Shown piece by piece: positions 12,630-24,700 of a stretch of 64,000 nucleotides of DNA (positions are counted from its first letter, which is position 1; each line of letters begins with the position of its first letter). A program made the position numbers and the translations under genes. The notes below the pieces were generated by a model. It was not told where the DNA came from. It saw only the letters and a program-made list of their open reading frames with translations, and did not search any database. Source of the stretch: Cyanophora paradoxa CCMP329 (lineage: Eukaryota > Plantae > Glaucophyta). The DNA lies in assembly GCA_004431415.1 (NCBI GenBank), contig QPMI01000165.1, positions 192,196 to 256,195 on the forward strand. Reading direction: 5' to 3'.

Positions 12630-13160
12630 GCTGGAGCGCACGAAGAAGATGCCCGCGTTGAACTCGGCGTTGAAGCTCGAGGTGTGCACGTTGGGGGGGT
12701 CATCGCCCCCGAAGAAGGAGCGCGAGGGGAAGGGGCTCACAACGTCCTCGATGGCCCAGCTGCCCCGGTGAAAGGCGGCGTCCGTGTCGACCCAGCAGAC
12801 GAGGTCGTAGTGCCCCCCCTCGAGGTGGTGCTGAACGAGCCAGACTTTGGCCCAGTAGGGCGGCATGCCCCCGACCCGCTCCCGGTGGAAGATGTACGTG
12901 TACCCGTGGCGGTCCGCATACGCCGCGTTCAGCCGGCAGAGGTCCACCTGGTGCCCCAGGAGCTCGTCGGGGCGGTCGTCGTACTGCAGCACCAGGATGC
13001 GGGGCCCACGTCGTACACTGGCGGCGCCGGGGGGGCCGGGCAGGGGGGCGAGCATGCGCCTGCGGTACAGGCGGTAGCGGAAGAGGCCGACTCGCAGGCA
13101 CACGAGCGCGGCGAGGAGCGCGGCAGCCACCAGGAGAAGCGCGACCCTCTTCTTCTTCAT
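12630..13160 (-). pseudogene. Glycosyltransferase family 34 (GMA12/MNN10-like), 3'-truncated
   Basis: N-terminal TM; YADRHGY, PPYWAKV, WVDTDA (DxD), FNAGIFFVR. Confidence 0.85.
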
Positions 13161-14376
13161 GTCATCAGCTTGTGGGCAGCGGAAAATTACGCCGCCTTCC
13201 GCTTCTTCTTCTTCGAGGATGACCCCGCTGCATGGCCCGCGCGATCGCCGCACACAGCTCGGCGCGCCTCATGCGCGAGATGCCGCCCTGCACGCCGCAC
13301 CGGACCGCGAAGGCCCGGAGGGCGTCCATGTTGAGTGGGGGCGGGGCGATCTGGGTGGAGGAGGTGGAGGAGGTGGAACAGGAGGAGGCCGCCGGCGCCG
13401 GCGCCGGTCGCGGCCGCGGCGGCTGCTGCTGGAGGAGCGTGTGGCCGCCGCGGCGGCCACCGCGGCCGTGGGCGGCGCCGCCGCCGCCACCGCGTCGGCA
13501 TGCTGCTGCTGTTGCCTGGGGCCCATGCCTTCACCGGTACCGCTACCTGCCGCCCAGAAAATTCGCGGCGCGGTCAGTACGCGAGGCGTGCGGCGGGCTA
13601 GGGGCTGGGGCGGGGCCTGGCGGCAGCGCCACGGCATCGCGAAGGGCAGTGGCCTCGGGCCGTGTCGTGCCCCGCAAAGAAGCCGGCCTGGTAGTTGGGC
13701 TCGGCCGGCAGCAGGCCGGCGCCGATGCGGGCGGTCGCGGCTGGCCCGCCGATGGGGACCGGGGGCGCGAACGGCGAAACGAAGGGCGCCGGCGCCGGCT
13801 GGGTGCGGTCGACCCGACCGCCCCTGCACGTTGGTGCCGGCGGCGCCCAGCCAGGCCGGCTGCGGCTCGGGGCGCATCATCGGCTGGGTGGCGGCCGGCG
13901 CTGGCGCGCTCTGCTGGAAGGAGGTGCCTGCGGCCTCCGCCTTCTTGCCGTACCTGCTCAGCCAGGTACCGACCGGGTCCGGGTCCGGGAAGCGCGGGTT
14001 CAGGGCGCCATCCTGCGCGTACGACGCCTGCGCCTGCGCCTGTGCCTGCGCCGCCATGTACGCCGGGCAGTCGGGCCGGCCGCAGCGGGTGCAGCCGGTG
14101 GCGCGGGGGGCTGCCGGGTGCTGGACGTGGTGGAGGACCACCTCGGCGGGGGCGCCCGCCCCGGTGGAGGGAGGGGAGAAGAAGAGGAAGTAAATGACCA
14201 GCCCGAGGAGGAGGGAGGCAATCCCCACCTTCAGCGCCGCCGAACACGATGCGGAGGGCGAGCCGGAATCCATGTCGAGGTCACCGCCGGCACCACGGAG
14301 AGACATAGCAGCAACACACAGTACAGTTGTACACTCGATATTTTTTCGGCAGCGGGTCGGCCGCATACTACACGTG

Positions 14377-14775
14377 CTAGATGGGGCTCGGGGGCGGGGC
14401 GGAGAAGGTCAGGAGCATGGTCAGCGAGCTGGGAAGGCCGGTGATGGCGGGGTTCGCCCACACTGACGACTGCCCGTCCGGGCCCGTGACCTTGATAACG
14501 GCGTTCTTCAGGGAGGCGACCCCAAGGCGCCCGAACGGGCGGCCGGTGCCCTTGTAGGACTCTGCGAATCGCGGGTTGACAAGCGTCTCGGCGAAGAGCG
14601 GGAGGGCCCCCGAGACGCCCTGGAGGTTGGAGCGGAGGGCCGTGTCCACGCCGTCGATGGAAATAAGCACGTATGGGAGCTCCACCTTAATGCCCTGGAG
14701 GCTGAAGGCGGAGAGGTGTACACGGGTGCCGAGGGGGAAGACGGGGGAGTCGCTGATCGCGAAACGGAGGGTCGC
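14377..14775 (-). pseudogene. Possible penton/minor capsid (single jelly-roll, DUF5901-like) C-terminal piece
   Basis: PYVLISIDG...SN...LKNAVIKVTGPDG...LTMLLTF pattern. Confidence 0.4.
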
Positions 14776-15396
14776 GACGCGGCGGTAGACGACCCGCGGC
14801 GGCGCCGGCACCGCGCCGGCGCCCGAGGCCTCCTCCTCCGACTCGATCACCTCGGCGCGGCAGAGGGTCACGAGCTCGCCGCTGTCGCCGCAGACCACGA
14901 GGTGGTGGCCGTCGTCGGAGACGCAGATGGGGGCGACCTCGTCGAGGCCGGCCGTCGTCGCCGCGATGCAGGCCTCGTGCGGGATCGCGCCGCTCTCGAC
15001 CGTGACCTCGGCGAACCGCGTCCGGTCCATGCCGATGCCGATGAGCGCCCCCTGCCCGAGCGCCGGGTTGAGCAGGAGCGCGAGGGCGCCCAGGAGGGTC
15101 GCCCCGGGCCCGCCCCGCAGCGGGAAAATCTCGGCGCCGCCCGGCCCGCCCTCGCTCTGCTCGGGGCCGCCAGGCGACGGCAACGAAGCCTCTGCCGGCA
15201 GGTCGATCGCGTAGAGGGGCTGCACGCCCCGGGGCGAGAGGGCGAAGAGGACGGCGCACTCCGCGCCCGTCCAGACCAGGGGCCCGCCCCCGTGCGGGGA
15301 CGCCCCCACTTCCCGGGCGCCGTAGAAGCAGAGGAGGAGCGGGGTCGCGGGCGAGCGGGTGCCGCGCCCCCCGACGAGGGCCGCGTCGTAGACCCC

Positions 15397-15600
15397 GATC
15401 TCTGCGGCACCTGCGGCGGCGACAGCTCGGCATGCACATCCGCCGGCTGCCTCCCTGGCCAGCTTCGTGACGTCTGTGGCACGTGCGGGGGCGATGGGCT
15501 CGCATGCTCCGACCCGGGGTGCCCACCCGGCCAGCGCCGCGACGGGTGCGGGCTCTGCGGCGGGAACGACAGCACCTGCCGGGACCCCGAGTGCCCCCCC
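15397..15600 (+). pseudogene. Cys-rich repeat protein fragment (DxCGxCGGD repeats)
   Basis: Three DxCGxCGG[DN] units linked by GC[LP]PGQxR. Confidence 0.7.
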
Positions 15601-15856
15601 ATCGCCAACCAAGGTTCTCAAGGACCGAGTGGATCCGATCCCTGCCGAACGGCCGGATTCGAGCACCCCACCACGGGTTGTCGAGGATGTTGATCCAGTT
15701 GATCTTCCCAGCGGCCACTAGAGCGATGGCGAAAACCAGGCCCGGCAGCGGCACGTCCAATACCCTCGGGGGTAGCGCTTCGATGACCTCCTGCACCCGC
15801 ATCGCTCGTCTGACGCTATAGAAAAATCGTGTGCGGTTGGTTGGCTGCGGGGTGCG

Positions 15857-16100
15857 TCACGTGCCGGCACCGGGCCGCGCCGTGAACTGCTGGCGGGGGG
15901 ATTTGACCATGAAACAAACCACGATCTCCCAGATGCCCGGCGGCCCGATGGGGGGGGAGTTGGACCCGAGCACGAGGGGGTTCAGGGGCCAGACCAGGTG
16001 CGGCATTCGGAATCGCGCAATGTCGATGAACCGGCCGTAGGCCACGTCGAACCACGCCTGGTCACGGGGATCGGGGACCCCCTGTGAACCTCTTATTGGG
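15857..16100 (-). pseudogene. C-terminal domain paralogous to 56230-56400
   Basis: RDQAWFDxxYxRxxDxARFxMPH...WEIVVxFM occurs in both. Confidence 0.6.
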
Positions 16101-16469
16101 TGCCCTGCGGGGTCCATGAGCGCCGCGCCTCGGAGGGGGCCGCAGCGGGCGCAGACGCGGCCGCAGCGGCAGGCGAGGCGCCCGCACCCGTTGCATGGGT
16201 CCCGCTCGGCCCTGGGGGCCTTCTTTGGGCGCAGGACGAGGCGCGGCCACCCGGCGAGGGTGGACCCGGCGGCGCGCCAGGCGAGGGCGGCCGGCTGGGT
16301 GCCGACAAATAGCGCCGAGGCCTCCACAAGGGTGCAGAGGGTGGCACCACGGTCCAGGTCATCGACGCGAAGGGCGAGGAGTGGTCGCTGCGGGGTCGCC
16401 GCGGGGCGGAGGGCCTTGGCGGCGGCGCAGGAGGCCTGGTCGGCGAGGCCGAACAGGGCGATTGTCCGC

Positions 16470-16912
16470 AGAGGGTACCGACCTCGGCACGACCCTGTGC
16501 CGTCCCTGCCTGGGGCGCGACCGCATCAAGGCCTGGGCACCCCCGCCCGGCCCCGAGGCCCTCGAGCGGCCGGAGGCCCCCGTGCTGTTCAGGTGTGCGC
16601 CGCCGCCGCCGCCCCAGCGCCCCCCCCCCCCCCCCCCTCATGCGGGCGCGCCCCCTCAGGCGCATCCACCTGTTGAACGACTCCTGCCGCATCAACCAGT
16701 ACGCCCCGGTCCTGCCGATGGTGTGTATATGTATGCGCGCCCGCCCGCCCGCCGCCCCCCGCCGCCCCCCGGACCGTGCTGGCCGCTGCAGGTCCTGGCG
16801 ACCCTCCTGGACTTCACGGACGCCGCCGCGCCGCCCGTCCTGCAGCTGGAGGGGACGCCGACGGCGGGGGCCCTGCGCGAGATCGTGGAGGGCCTCCTCG
16901 GCATCCTGGGGT
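16470..16912 (+). pseudogene. Hypothetical protein fragment with introns 16593-16659 and 16721-16791
   Basis: GT..AG introns join three ORF segments: PVLFR|RIHLLND..PVLPM|VLATLLDF. Confidence 0.6.
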
Positions 16913-17275
16913 GCTCTTCGGCCCGGGCCCCGTCTACGTGATGTACCTGGGCAGGGACGAGGATGTGGTGGTGGTGGGCGACCGCACCCCGTGGGCGAAC
17001 ATGCGGGCCCGCCTGGGGCAGCCCAACCGGGACGGGGTGGTGCCCATTGTGCTGCAGTAGTAGTAATAGTCGCCTGTGTTCTCGATGAATAACATATCAC
17101 ACGCAGGGAAACCTAAACTCAGCCCCCCCTCAGTCACCCCCCTCCTCCATTGGGTCGACTAGTTCATGATCATCGTCGCCCACCGCCGCCGCCGCCGCCG
17201 CCGCCGCCTGCAGGATCGCGATGAGCCCCGGAGCGAGCTCGAGCAGCGGCGCCTCGCTGCCGCCGCTGCCGCCGC

Positions 17276-17309
<34 letters not shown>

Positions 17310-17453
17310 GCCGCTGCCTGGGCCTCCAAAAGGATCGGGCCGGTTGGTGATGTGGAAGGTCACGCGCTCGAGCCTCCCCGAGGTCAGGAGGGAGTGGATC
17401 GGCCCTTCATACTGGCGGAACTTGCTGGCCGCCGAGCCAGCCCCGGGCCCAGC

Positions 17454-18008
17454 ATGCTGTCGATGGAGAGCATGTCCTCCACGGCGCTCTTCGTCTTCCT
17501 CTTCAGCGCCATGCGTGGCAGCATCGTACCTGCGCTCTCATGCAAGCTGCAGTACATCCTGACGAACTCGATGATCTTCAAGCACGTAATCGGGTTCTTC
17601 GCGATGCTCACCTTCGTCGTGATGCCCGACCCCGACTACGAGAAGGAGAGCTTCCTGAAGCAGCTCGGGATCAACGCCCTGTACTACACCTGGTTCCTGC
17701 TCCTCAGCCGCTCGCACTGGACGGCGATCCTCGCCGTGCTCGCCGCCATCCTCGCCAACTACGTCCTCACGCTGCGGATCCGGAGCTTCAAGAAGCGGCA
17801 GGAGCGGCCGGAGGAGGTCGAGAAGATGCAGACCGCGACCCGGTGGATCACGATCGGCTCCATGGTCATCACCAGCATCGGCTTCGTCTACTACCTCGTG
17901 GATAAGATGCGAGAGTACGGCAACGGGTTCCAGGTCAAGACGTTCGTGCTCGGGAGCCTGGCCTGCCGGAACGACGACGTGGACAGCATCCCGATTATGG
18001 ATTTCACG
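17454..18008 (+). CDS. Conserved NCLDV multi-pass membrane protein, nearly complete
   Basis: LSCKLQYILTNSMIFKH...IGFVYYLVDKMREYGNGF..FVLG..C motif; stop lost at a junction. Confidence 0.65.
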
Positions 18009-18171
18009 ACGGCCCCTCGCCGCCATCACGGCCGGGGGCCACTCCCTCGGCGGCGCGATGGCGCACATCTGCGCCCTCGACCTCGCTGCCAACTCGACGC
18101 GCGGCCTGGGGGCGCCCCGCACGCGGATCGGGGCGTACTCGTGGGGCGCCCCCGCCGCCGGCGCGGCCACC

Positions 18172-18803
18172 TGGATGCAGCTCGCGGGGATGATGCCGCC
18201 GTTCGCGTCCTGGCCGTACGCCGAGTTGTAGAGGTCCTGCTGGAACTTCCAGCAGGCGCACTCGGGCTTGGTGGGGTTCGACTTGCAGTGCGTGTCGATC
18301 TTGGCGTTCAGGAGCGCGTACGACGAGGGGAACTGCGTCACCCCCGTCTTGAGGTACATGTTCGACCAGCGCGCGCACCGGGGGTCGGTGATGTTGACCC
18401 CCTCCGAGCAGATGCGGGGCATCTGCTCGAGGCACCACCCCTGGGTCACCCGCCGCGGGTCCTGGCCCGTCTGGTCGACGCACGCGCTGGCGCAACTGTA
18501 CTTGATCCGGATGGTCTTGCCTTCGCCCCAGGCGGGGTCGCCGGCGACGGCGCTCCAGGAGCTGGTGTGGCCCCCGTACGCCCCGCTGACCCACGGGCTC
18601 AGGCTCTCCCCCTGCCAGCCCACCGCCGGGTCGGTCATCCTGTCCTGTATGGCCTTCGTGAGGTCAATGTACCTGGAGGACGACCCGTAGTGCGCCTGCG
18701 TGACCACGGGGAAGGGGCACTGGAACCGGATGGTGGCCCCCGCCCCGTCTTCCGACCCCGTGAAAGTGAGGTCGAGGGGGGTGATGACGGCAGGGCTCAT
18801 CAT
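18172..18803 (-). pseudogene. SUEL/Gal-lectin domain plus Cys-rich (pox A16/G9/J5-like) protein, 3'-truncated
   Basis: AHYG, GDPAWGEGKTIRIKYSC; CKSNPTKPECAC. Confidence 0.65.
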
Positions 18804-19069
18804 TATTATTGGTGTGTCGTACTTGTTGCTACTACAGCAAATAAATAAACGACCACTAGAGCCCCAGAAACCCCGGGTCCGACTCCAGGAAGGCTCGCAC
18901 AGGCCGGGCGGGCCGGGGACCCTCTTGACGAAGAACTTGGCGTGCGCCATGCAGTACCGCCAGAACTGCGTGGGGCCGCAGCTGCCGTGGAACCAGGCCC
19001 GGCACCGCTTCTTCGTCACGTTGCCGTTCTTGTCCTTGGTTGGAGCACGTGGTGGCGTCACGTTGGAGC

Positions 19070-19297
19070 TACGGCTGAAGCTCCTGGCGCGCTTCTTCGC
19101 CGAGGGAGACCACTGGGCGACCTTTCTGGCCGCCGTGGCCGGGAAGCGCCCGGCGGCGGTGGGCGGCGCCGGCGGCGGCGGAGAAGACGAGGAGGAGGAG
19201 GAGGAGGAGGAGGAGGAGGAGGAGGAACGGCAGCAGACCGTCTCCCTCCGCGCGCTGGACTGGCTGGTCACCAACTACTCCAAGAAGCACAACACCG
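19070..19297 (+). pseudogene. Conserved NCLDV hypothetical (SLRxLDWxVTNYSKK family) fragment
   Basis: VSLRALDWLVTNYSKKHN. Confidence 0.75.
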
Positions 19298-19564
19298 CCC
19301 CGGCACCGGCGGCGATTCAAATTGAGTGATTGGCATGTTTAGATGTTGAACGAGGGGGGGCCGGCGGCGAGGGTGGGGGCAGCCGGGGAGGAATCCGCCG
19401 CCGCCTTGTGGGCCTTCTTGGGGGACGAGGCCTCGTCGCTTGCTGGGTCCGCCGCGCCCTTGCGCGCCCGCGCCTTCTTCGGGGGCTTCGGGCCGCCCTC
19501 CGAGCCGCCCTCGCCCTCGCCTGCGCCCGCGCCGCCGCGAAGGATGAAGCGGCCCTTCTCGTCG

Positions 19565-19735
19565 CGCACGACGCGTCGTTCCCTTCCGGGGAAGGCAGCA
19601 ACAACAACGCGGTCACCGTTAGCCTCCCCGGGGACCCCGATCGCCTGTGGGTGGTTGCAAAGAAGCCCATCGCAACGGACGGAGAGATCTACCTCGCGTA
19701 CGGAGAGACGTACTGGCATCAGAGGGGTCATCCGC
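19565..19735 (+). pseudogene. SET domain C-terminal piece
   Basis: NNNA...VVAKKPIATDGEIYLAYGETYW matches I..GEEI...YG..YW. Confidence 0.75.
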
Positions 19736-20284
19736 AGTTCGTCTTCAGGGACTCCGACGATCACGATGCCTCTAGGCAGCATGCGGGGGCCGGTCTGCAG
19801 CAGCTTCAGGAAGTAGGGGCAGTCCTCCGTCACGCGCTTGCAGATGTGTTCGATCATGCCGGACGGCCAGCGCTTGACATCCGCAACCCTGGAGAGGAAG
19901 AGGCCCGTCGACGTCGACGTACCCCCCCACCCTGGTCGGACGGACCGACGGACCGATCACAACAACCAACCGAGGAGACTGCAATATGCAGCCGCCCAGG
20001 CCTGCTGCTCCGGCGCCGGCAGTCCAGTACGTGTCGCGCGAGGCCCTTGCAGCGCAGGCGCCGCCCGCGCCGAGGCCGCCAAGGCCCAGGCCGAGGCCGC
20101 CAAGGCCCGCGCCGCCCTCGAGCTCGAGGCCGCCAAGGCCCGCGCCGCGCGCGAGGCGGAGCGCGAGGCCCAGCGCGCGGCCCTCGAGCTGGAGGCTGCC
20201 AAGGCCCGCGCCGCCCAGGAGGCCCAGCGCAAGGCCGAGCGTGCCGCCCTCGACCTGGAGGCCGCCGTGTGGGAGGTGCGGGTC

Positions 20285-20692
20285 CAGGTTGAAGTCTCTG
20301 AGGTACTCCGAGCCGCCATTCCCTCCTTGTTCTGGGTCGTAGGCACCGCGTGCCCAGATCCTGTCCCTGTTGATGAAGATCTCCGCCCCGCTGACGGGAT
20401 TAGTGAGGCTGTACTGCAGATACAGGGCACCCTCCTCGTCCTCTATGACCTCTGTGTTTGCGAGAGTGTACCGCATGGCCGACAGCAAGTTTTTCGCAGC
20501 ACACTCATCCATTGAAGAAAGCATGAAAGCCTTCTTCACTGTGCCGCTTTCCACAAGGGCAACCCTGATTGCGCTGGCCGCATCCAGCTCCTCCAGGCAT
20601 TTAGTCACTTCCCTTGCCATGGGGACATTAATGGCAGCCCCGACGGGGCCGCCAGTGCCGGCGCCGTTGCCGTTGGGGTTTCCGATTGCCAT
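20285..20692 (-). pseudogene. Hypothetical protein N-terminal piece
   Basis: MAIGNPNG...EYLRDFNLD coding-like segment after an AT-rich leader. Confidence 0.45.
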
Positions 20693-21677
20693 ATGTGTGC
20701 ATACATTACAGAGGTACGCATACAAAATTAATTGCGGCTCTACTCCCGCGAGTCCAGGGGGGAGGCCCGCGCCGAGGCCCGCGAGGCCCGCGAAGAGGTC
20801 GCGCGCCTCGAGGTCGCCCTGGAGGCGGCAACGGTGGAGGTTGAGGCGGCCCGCGAGCGGGAGGCGGCGCTCCTGGCCTCGGCGTGGGAGCGGGGCGCCC
20901 ACCACGGGCCCACCGCGGACGGCGACCAGGACTGCCTGGACCACCCCGAGGCGGCGGCCGACCCACACGCTTCCCCGAGGTGGTCTTCGTCGTGGTCACG
21001 GAGAGAATACCGGCCTTCTTGGGGCCGCGGCCGTGGACACCGACCGCGTTCTGGTACCGGATCCACTGGGCCAGAGTGGTGCGCTTGCCGCTGGGGTAGG
21101 CGTAGTAGGTGGCCCCATTTGCGCGACGTTTGCGTTGAATGGGCGCGCGGGCGGCCGCGGTCACGGTCCAGGTGCGGCCGTACGCAGCCTTCGTCGGCTT
21201 CTGAGCGACGATCGCGCTCTGCCGGAGGCCCTTCTTCAGGCCGATAACGCCCATACGGCGGTGGCCGCCGCTGGTGAAGTAGACGCGCTTGACGCGCGAA
21301 AGGCCGGCGTAGCGCCACCGCCGCCCCCGGAGCCGGCGGCGAACGCAACCCCGCCCACGGCGGGGCACTCCCTGCCGCCACGCAGGGCGCCGGCCGTCCC
21401 ATCGTCGATGATCTCGCTTCTGGCACAGCGGCTGGGGGCGGCGCCGCCCGTGGGTGGGCCCAGACCGGGCCCGTCTCCACGGGGCGGGACCACCGCGGCC
21501 ACCGCCGCCGGTGGCGACAACACCGCCGCGACCGCCGCCGCCGGCCAGATTACCCTCAAACGCCCCCCCGGCCCCCCTCGCACTAGTGCCCCCTCGATCG
21601 CATCCTTTCTGAACGTAGAGGTTTCCAAAAGGGTGAAGAAATCCCTCTGAAACCAGTCTTTGTGTGACACTACAGAG

Positions 21678-21930
21678 CTAAGCTAGCTCCTGCATCGCCG
21701 CGAGGATGCGGGGGAGGGCCTCCCGCGCGAGGTCCCTCGCCGGCTGGCGAGAGTCAAGGCGCAGAACGGGGATCTTGCGCCGCCGCTCGACGCTGCCGAT
21801 CCACTGGGTGTACCGGTCCGCGAGCCCCGGGATGGTGTCGATCGCCTCCTGTGGGTCGCCCCGCCCCTGGGCGCGGACCTGGCAGAGCTCCGGGGGCGCC
21901 TCCACGGAGACGATCAGGATGGCATCCGCA
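21678..21930 (-). pseudogene. Deoxynucleoside/thymidylate kinase C-terminal piece
   Basis: ILIVSVEAPPELCQVRAQGRGDPQE (lid region)...VLRLDS; P-loop absent. Confidence 0.55.
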
Positions 21931-22184
21931 ACAAGGCGGCCTCCGTCCGCGTCCGCGGCTGCGTCCTCGACCCGCGCCGGCCGGCCGGCGACCCGACCAT
22001 CGACGTGCGGGAGGCGCTCCTGGCCCTCCGGGCGACGGACCGGCTGTGGAACAGCGAGCCGCGGCCGGGCGGCCGGCGCGGCTCGGCCCTCGCCCCCCCC
22101 GAGGACCCCGAGGACGTGGCGGCGCTGGCGAGGCGCTACGATCGCCAGGAGTAGGAGCAAGTGTATATGTGTACAGTGCCGAAG

Positions 22185-22535
22185 TTACAGGGGCCGCCGG
22201 TGCCTCGTCTGCCAGAACGAGTGGCCGAAGTGAGGTCGCTCGCCGCGGGCCAGGCGCATGTCGCGCTCGACATCCGCGCGGGGGATGGGGAACGGGTACT
22301 CGGGGTTGTAGGCGGGGGGCGGGAAAACAGTACCGGGCGGCAACCCCCGGTAGGGGCGCGGCCTGTCGTCGCGCACGTAATTCGACGGCATCGGCGGCGC
22401 AGAGGGGGCGGGGGGCACGTATGCGGGCCGGGGTGGGGGCAGCGGGGGCGCAGAGGGGGTGCGGTGCACGTAGTAGGGGGGGTCAGCGAGGTAGCCCGAG
22501 GGATCAGTGAAGTGGTACCGGTAGGAGTCGGACAT
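22185..22535 (-). CDS. Pro/Tyr-rich small protein with PSAP and PPxY motifs
   Basis: MSDSYRYH...PSAPP x2, PPYY, PPAY. Confidence 0.55.
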   Translation of the reverse strand: MSDSYRYHFTDPSGYLADPPYYVHRTPSAPPLPPPRPAYVPPAPSAPPMPSNYVRDDRPRPYRGLPPGTVFPPPAYNPEYPFPIPRADVERDMRLARGERPHFGHSFWQTRHRRPL

Positions 22536-22708
22536 CGTTTTACAGGCTCGGGAAGAAAAAAACAAAGAGCGAACGCTTACGATACGCGCGCGACGGCTCT
22601 GAAGAAGCTCTTCTGCGCGCGCGGCAGGCCCCTGGGCCGCGCTGGAGGCGAGATGACGTGGCGCGAACGACGTACCCCCCTTACACCATACCCCCCCCTC
22701 GCAAGCGG

Positions 22709-24700
22709 ATGCAGCCGGAGCGTGCTCGCAGCGGCTCTCCTGACCCGAAGCGGAGTCGGTTGGACCCAGATAGCTCGTTTGGAGCTGGAGGGGGCGCTCC
22801 CCGGGGCCCCGAGGTGCGCGCGCGCGTGTTCACCTGCTGCGGACGTGCGTCCGGCCGCTGACGCGACCTGAACGCAGCCCGCTGGCAGTTTGCAGCCCGT
22901 TGACGCGCCAGGGAACCTCCCTGGAAGCCAGGCGAGTGGTGCATGTGCGCGTTCGCATGCGTCACCCGATGCCGCGCGCGCAGGGGGAGCCTGCTGTTGC
23001 TGTTGCTTCTGTGGAGGTCGAGCAGGCACGCCCGCCGCCCCCGGCCCCGCCGCTGGCTGCAGCTGCTAGCTGAGGGCCGCCGCGCGCAGGCCGACTGCAT
23101 GCTGCTGTCCATGCTGCCCCCCGAGCTCATCACGAAGATCATCCTCGCCCCCGGAGCCGACGCGCGGCGCGTGCTGGCCCTCTTCCGCTCAACGTGCCGC
23201 CTGGCCCGCCGCCTGGTCTGCGCGCGCGTGTTTGTTCGCCGCTGCCCCGCCCGGCCCGCCTCACCGGGGCGGCCCCCTAGGGCGAGGACGTGTTCCCGAT
23301 GCTGGACCCCGGGGCGCCGCTCGCCGTCTGCATCTCCGGCCCCCGCGGCCACCACGGCCTCGAGGACCGCATCGGCAACCTGGAGCTCGCGAACGTCGAC
23401 GCCGAGCGGACCAGGCTGATCCAGGAGCGCCCCTCTGACGCGAAGGCCTGCGCCAAGCGCGGCATCTTCTTCTACAGCGACAGGGAGGACCCGTACCGCC
23501 TCGCCGACCTGGTAAAGGTGAAGCGGGGCGCCAACGTCTTCGTCGACACCATCGCTGAGGTGCGCGGGCCCGGCCCCCGCTTCGTCCCGTCCCTCTCACG
23601 CACGCGGGCGCCCTCCAGGCGGCCCGCCTCATCGTGGGCGAGGACGGCAGCGGCGGCCCCGGCAGCGAGTACTTTGCCACCGCCACGAGGCTCCGCCTCA
23701 TCCTGGCCACCAACGAGGCGCTGGACGACGCCAACACGGCGATCCTCGCGTTCCGTGGCCGCTTCAAGGAGATCACCTTCGAGCTCGTCAACTTCATCCT
23801 GGACTACAGGCGGCCCCCCTTCGTCCGCGTGCCGGACAAAGGCGCCGTCAACGGGCTCGCCCCGTGGATGCAGGAGCACCTCTTTGTGCGCCCCCCCCCT
23901 CCCTCCCGTCCCGCCCTCCAGCTTACCGCCTCGGCGCAGGCCCCCTACCCCCCCGACGAGAGCTTGCTCGGCTGCTGGCCCGAGCGCATCCGCATCGCGG
24001 ACAGCACGTGGTTGCCGCAGCGCGCCCCCTGCGCCATCCGCGAGCCCGGCGGCGGCTTCACCGGCCTTGCCTTCCTCGACGAGGTCCGCCTCCGCCCCGG
24101 CCCCGCCCCGCCCAGCCTGACCCTTGCACCCCCAGTTCACCATGCCGCCCCCCGGCGTCAAGGAGCTCGGCTGCATCCTCGCCCTGGTCCCCGAGACTTC
24201 CGGCGCGGCGATCGCCAGCAAGCTGCACTGCACGGCGGAGGACCCGCTCGTCGTCGAGGGCCTCGGTGTGAACATGAACTTCCCCCACGTGCCCTTCTTC
24301 GCCGACTACGGCGGCGTCATCAAGCCCCTGGCGGACCTGGCCGCCGGCCGGCTGCGGGCGCGGAGGGCCCTGCTCGAGCTCAGCGGCTGGGAGCCGGACA
24401 CTCCTTTTGTCGAGTCGGTCATACCGCCGGCCGACCTGGCCGACGCCATCCTCAAGCTCCTCGTGAAGACCGGCGGCGAGGTGCGGGTCTTCTTCTCCGC
24501 GTACACCGCGACCGGCGACTACCCGGGGCGCTGGGGGCGGGCGCTCGGCCGCTTCGTCCCGCTGGTGCGGCGCCCGCGCTGCGGCTATATAATCGGCCAC
24601 TACTTCTTCTCGGTCCTGGCCGCCATCGTGCGCGGCTACGGGGGAGGCGGCCTCAGGATCGTCCTCGAGGGGTGCGTGCGGGGCCGGGGGCCGGCCGGCT
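22709..24700 (+). CDS. Intron-rich F-box protein (7 predicted introns)
   Basis: Introns 22814-22877, 22932-22983 (GC-AG), 23026-23089 (GC-AG), 23234-23280, 23560-23618, 23886-23939 and 24084-24135 link several ORF-track frames into one frame; F-box LSMLPPELITKII; 3' end uncertain. Confidence 0.7.
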
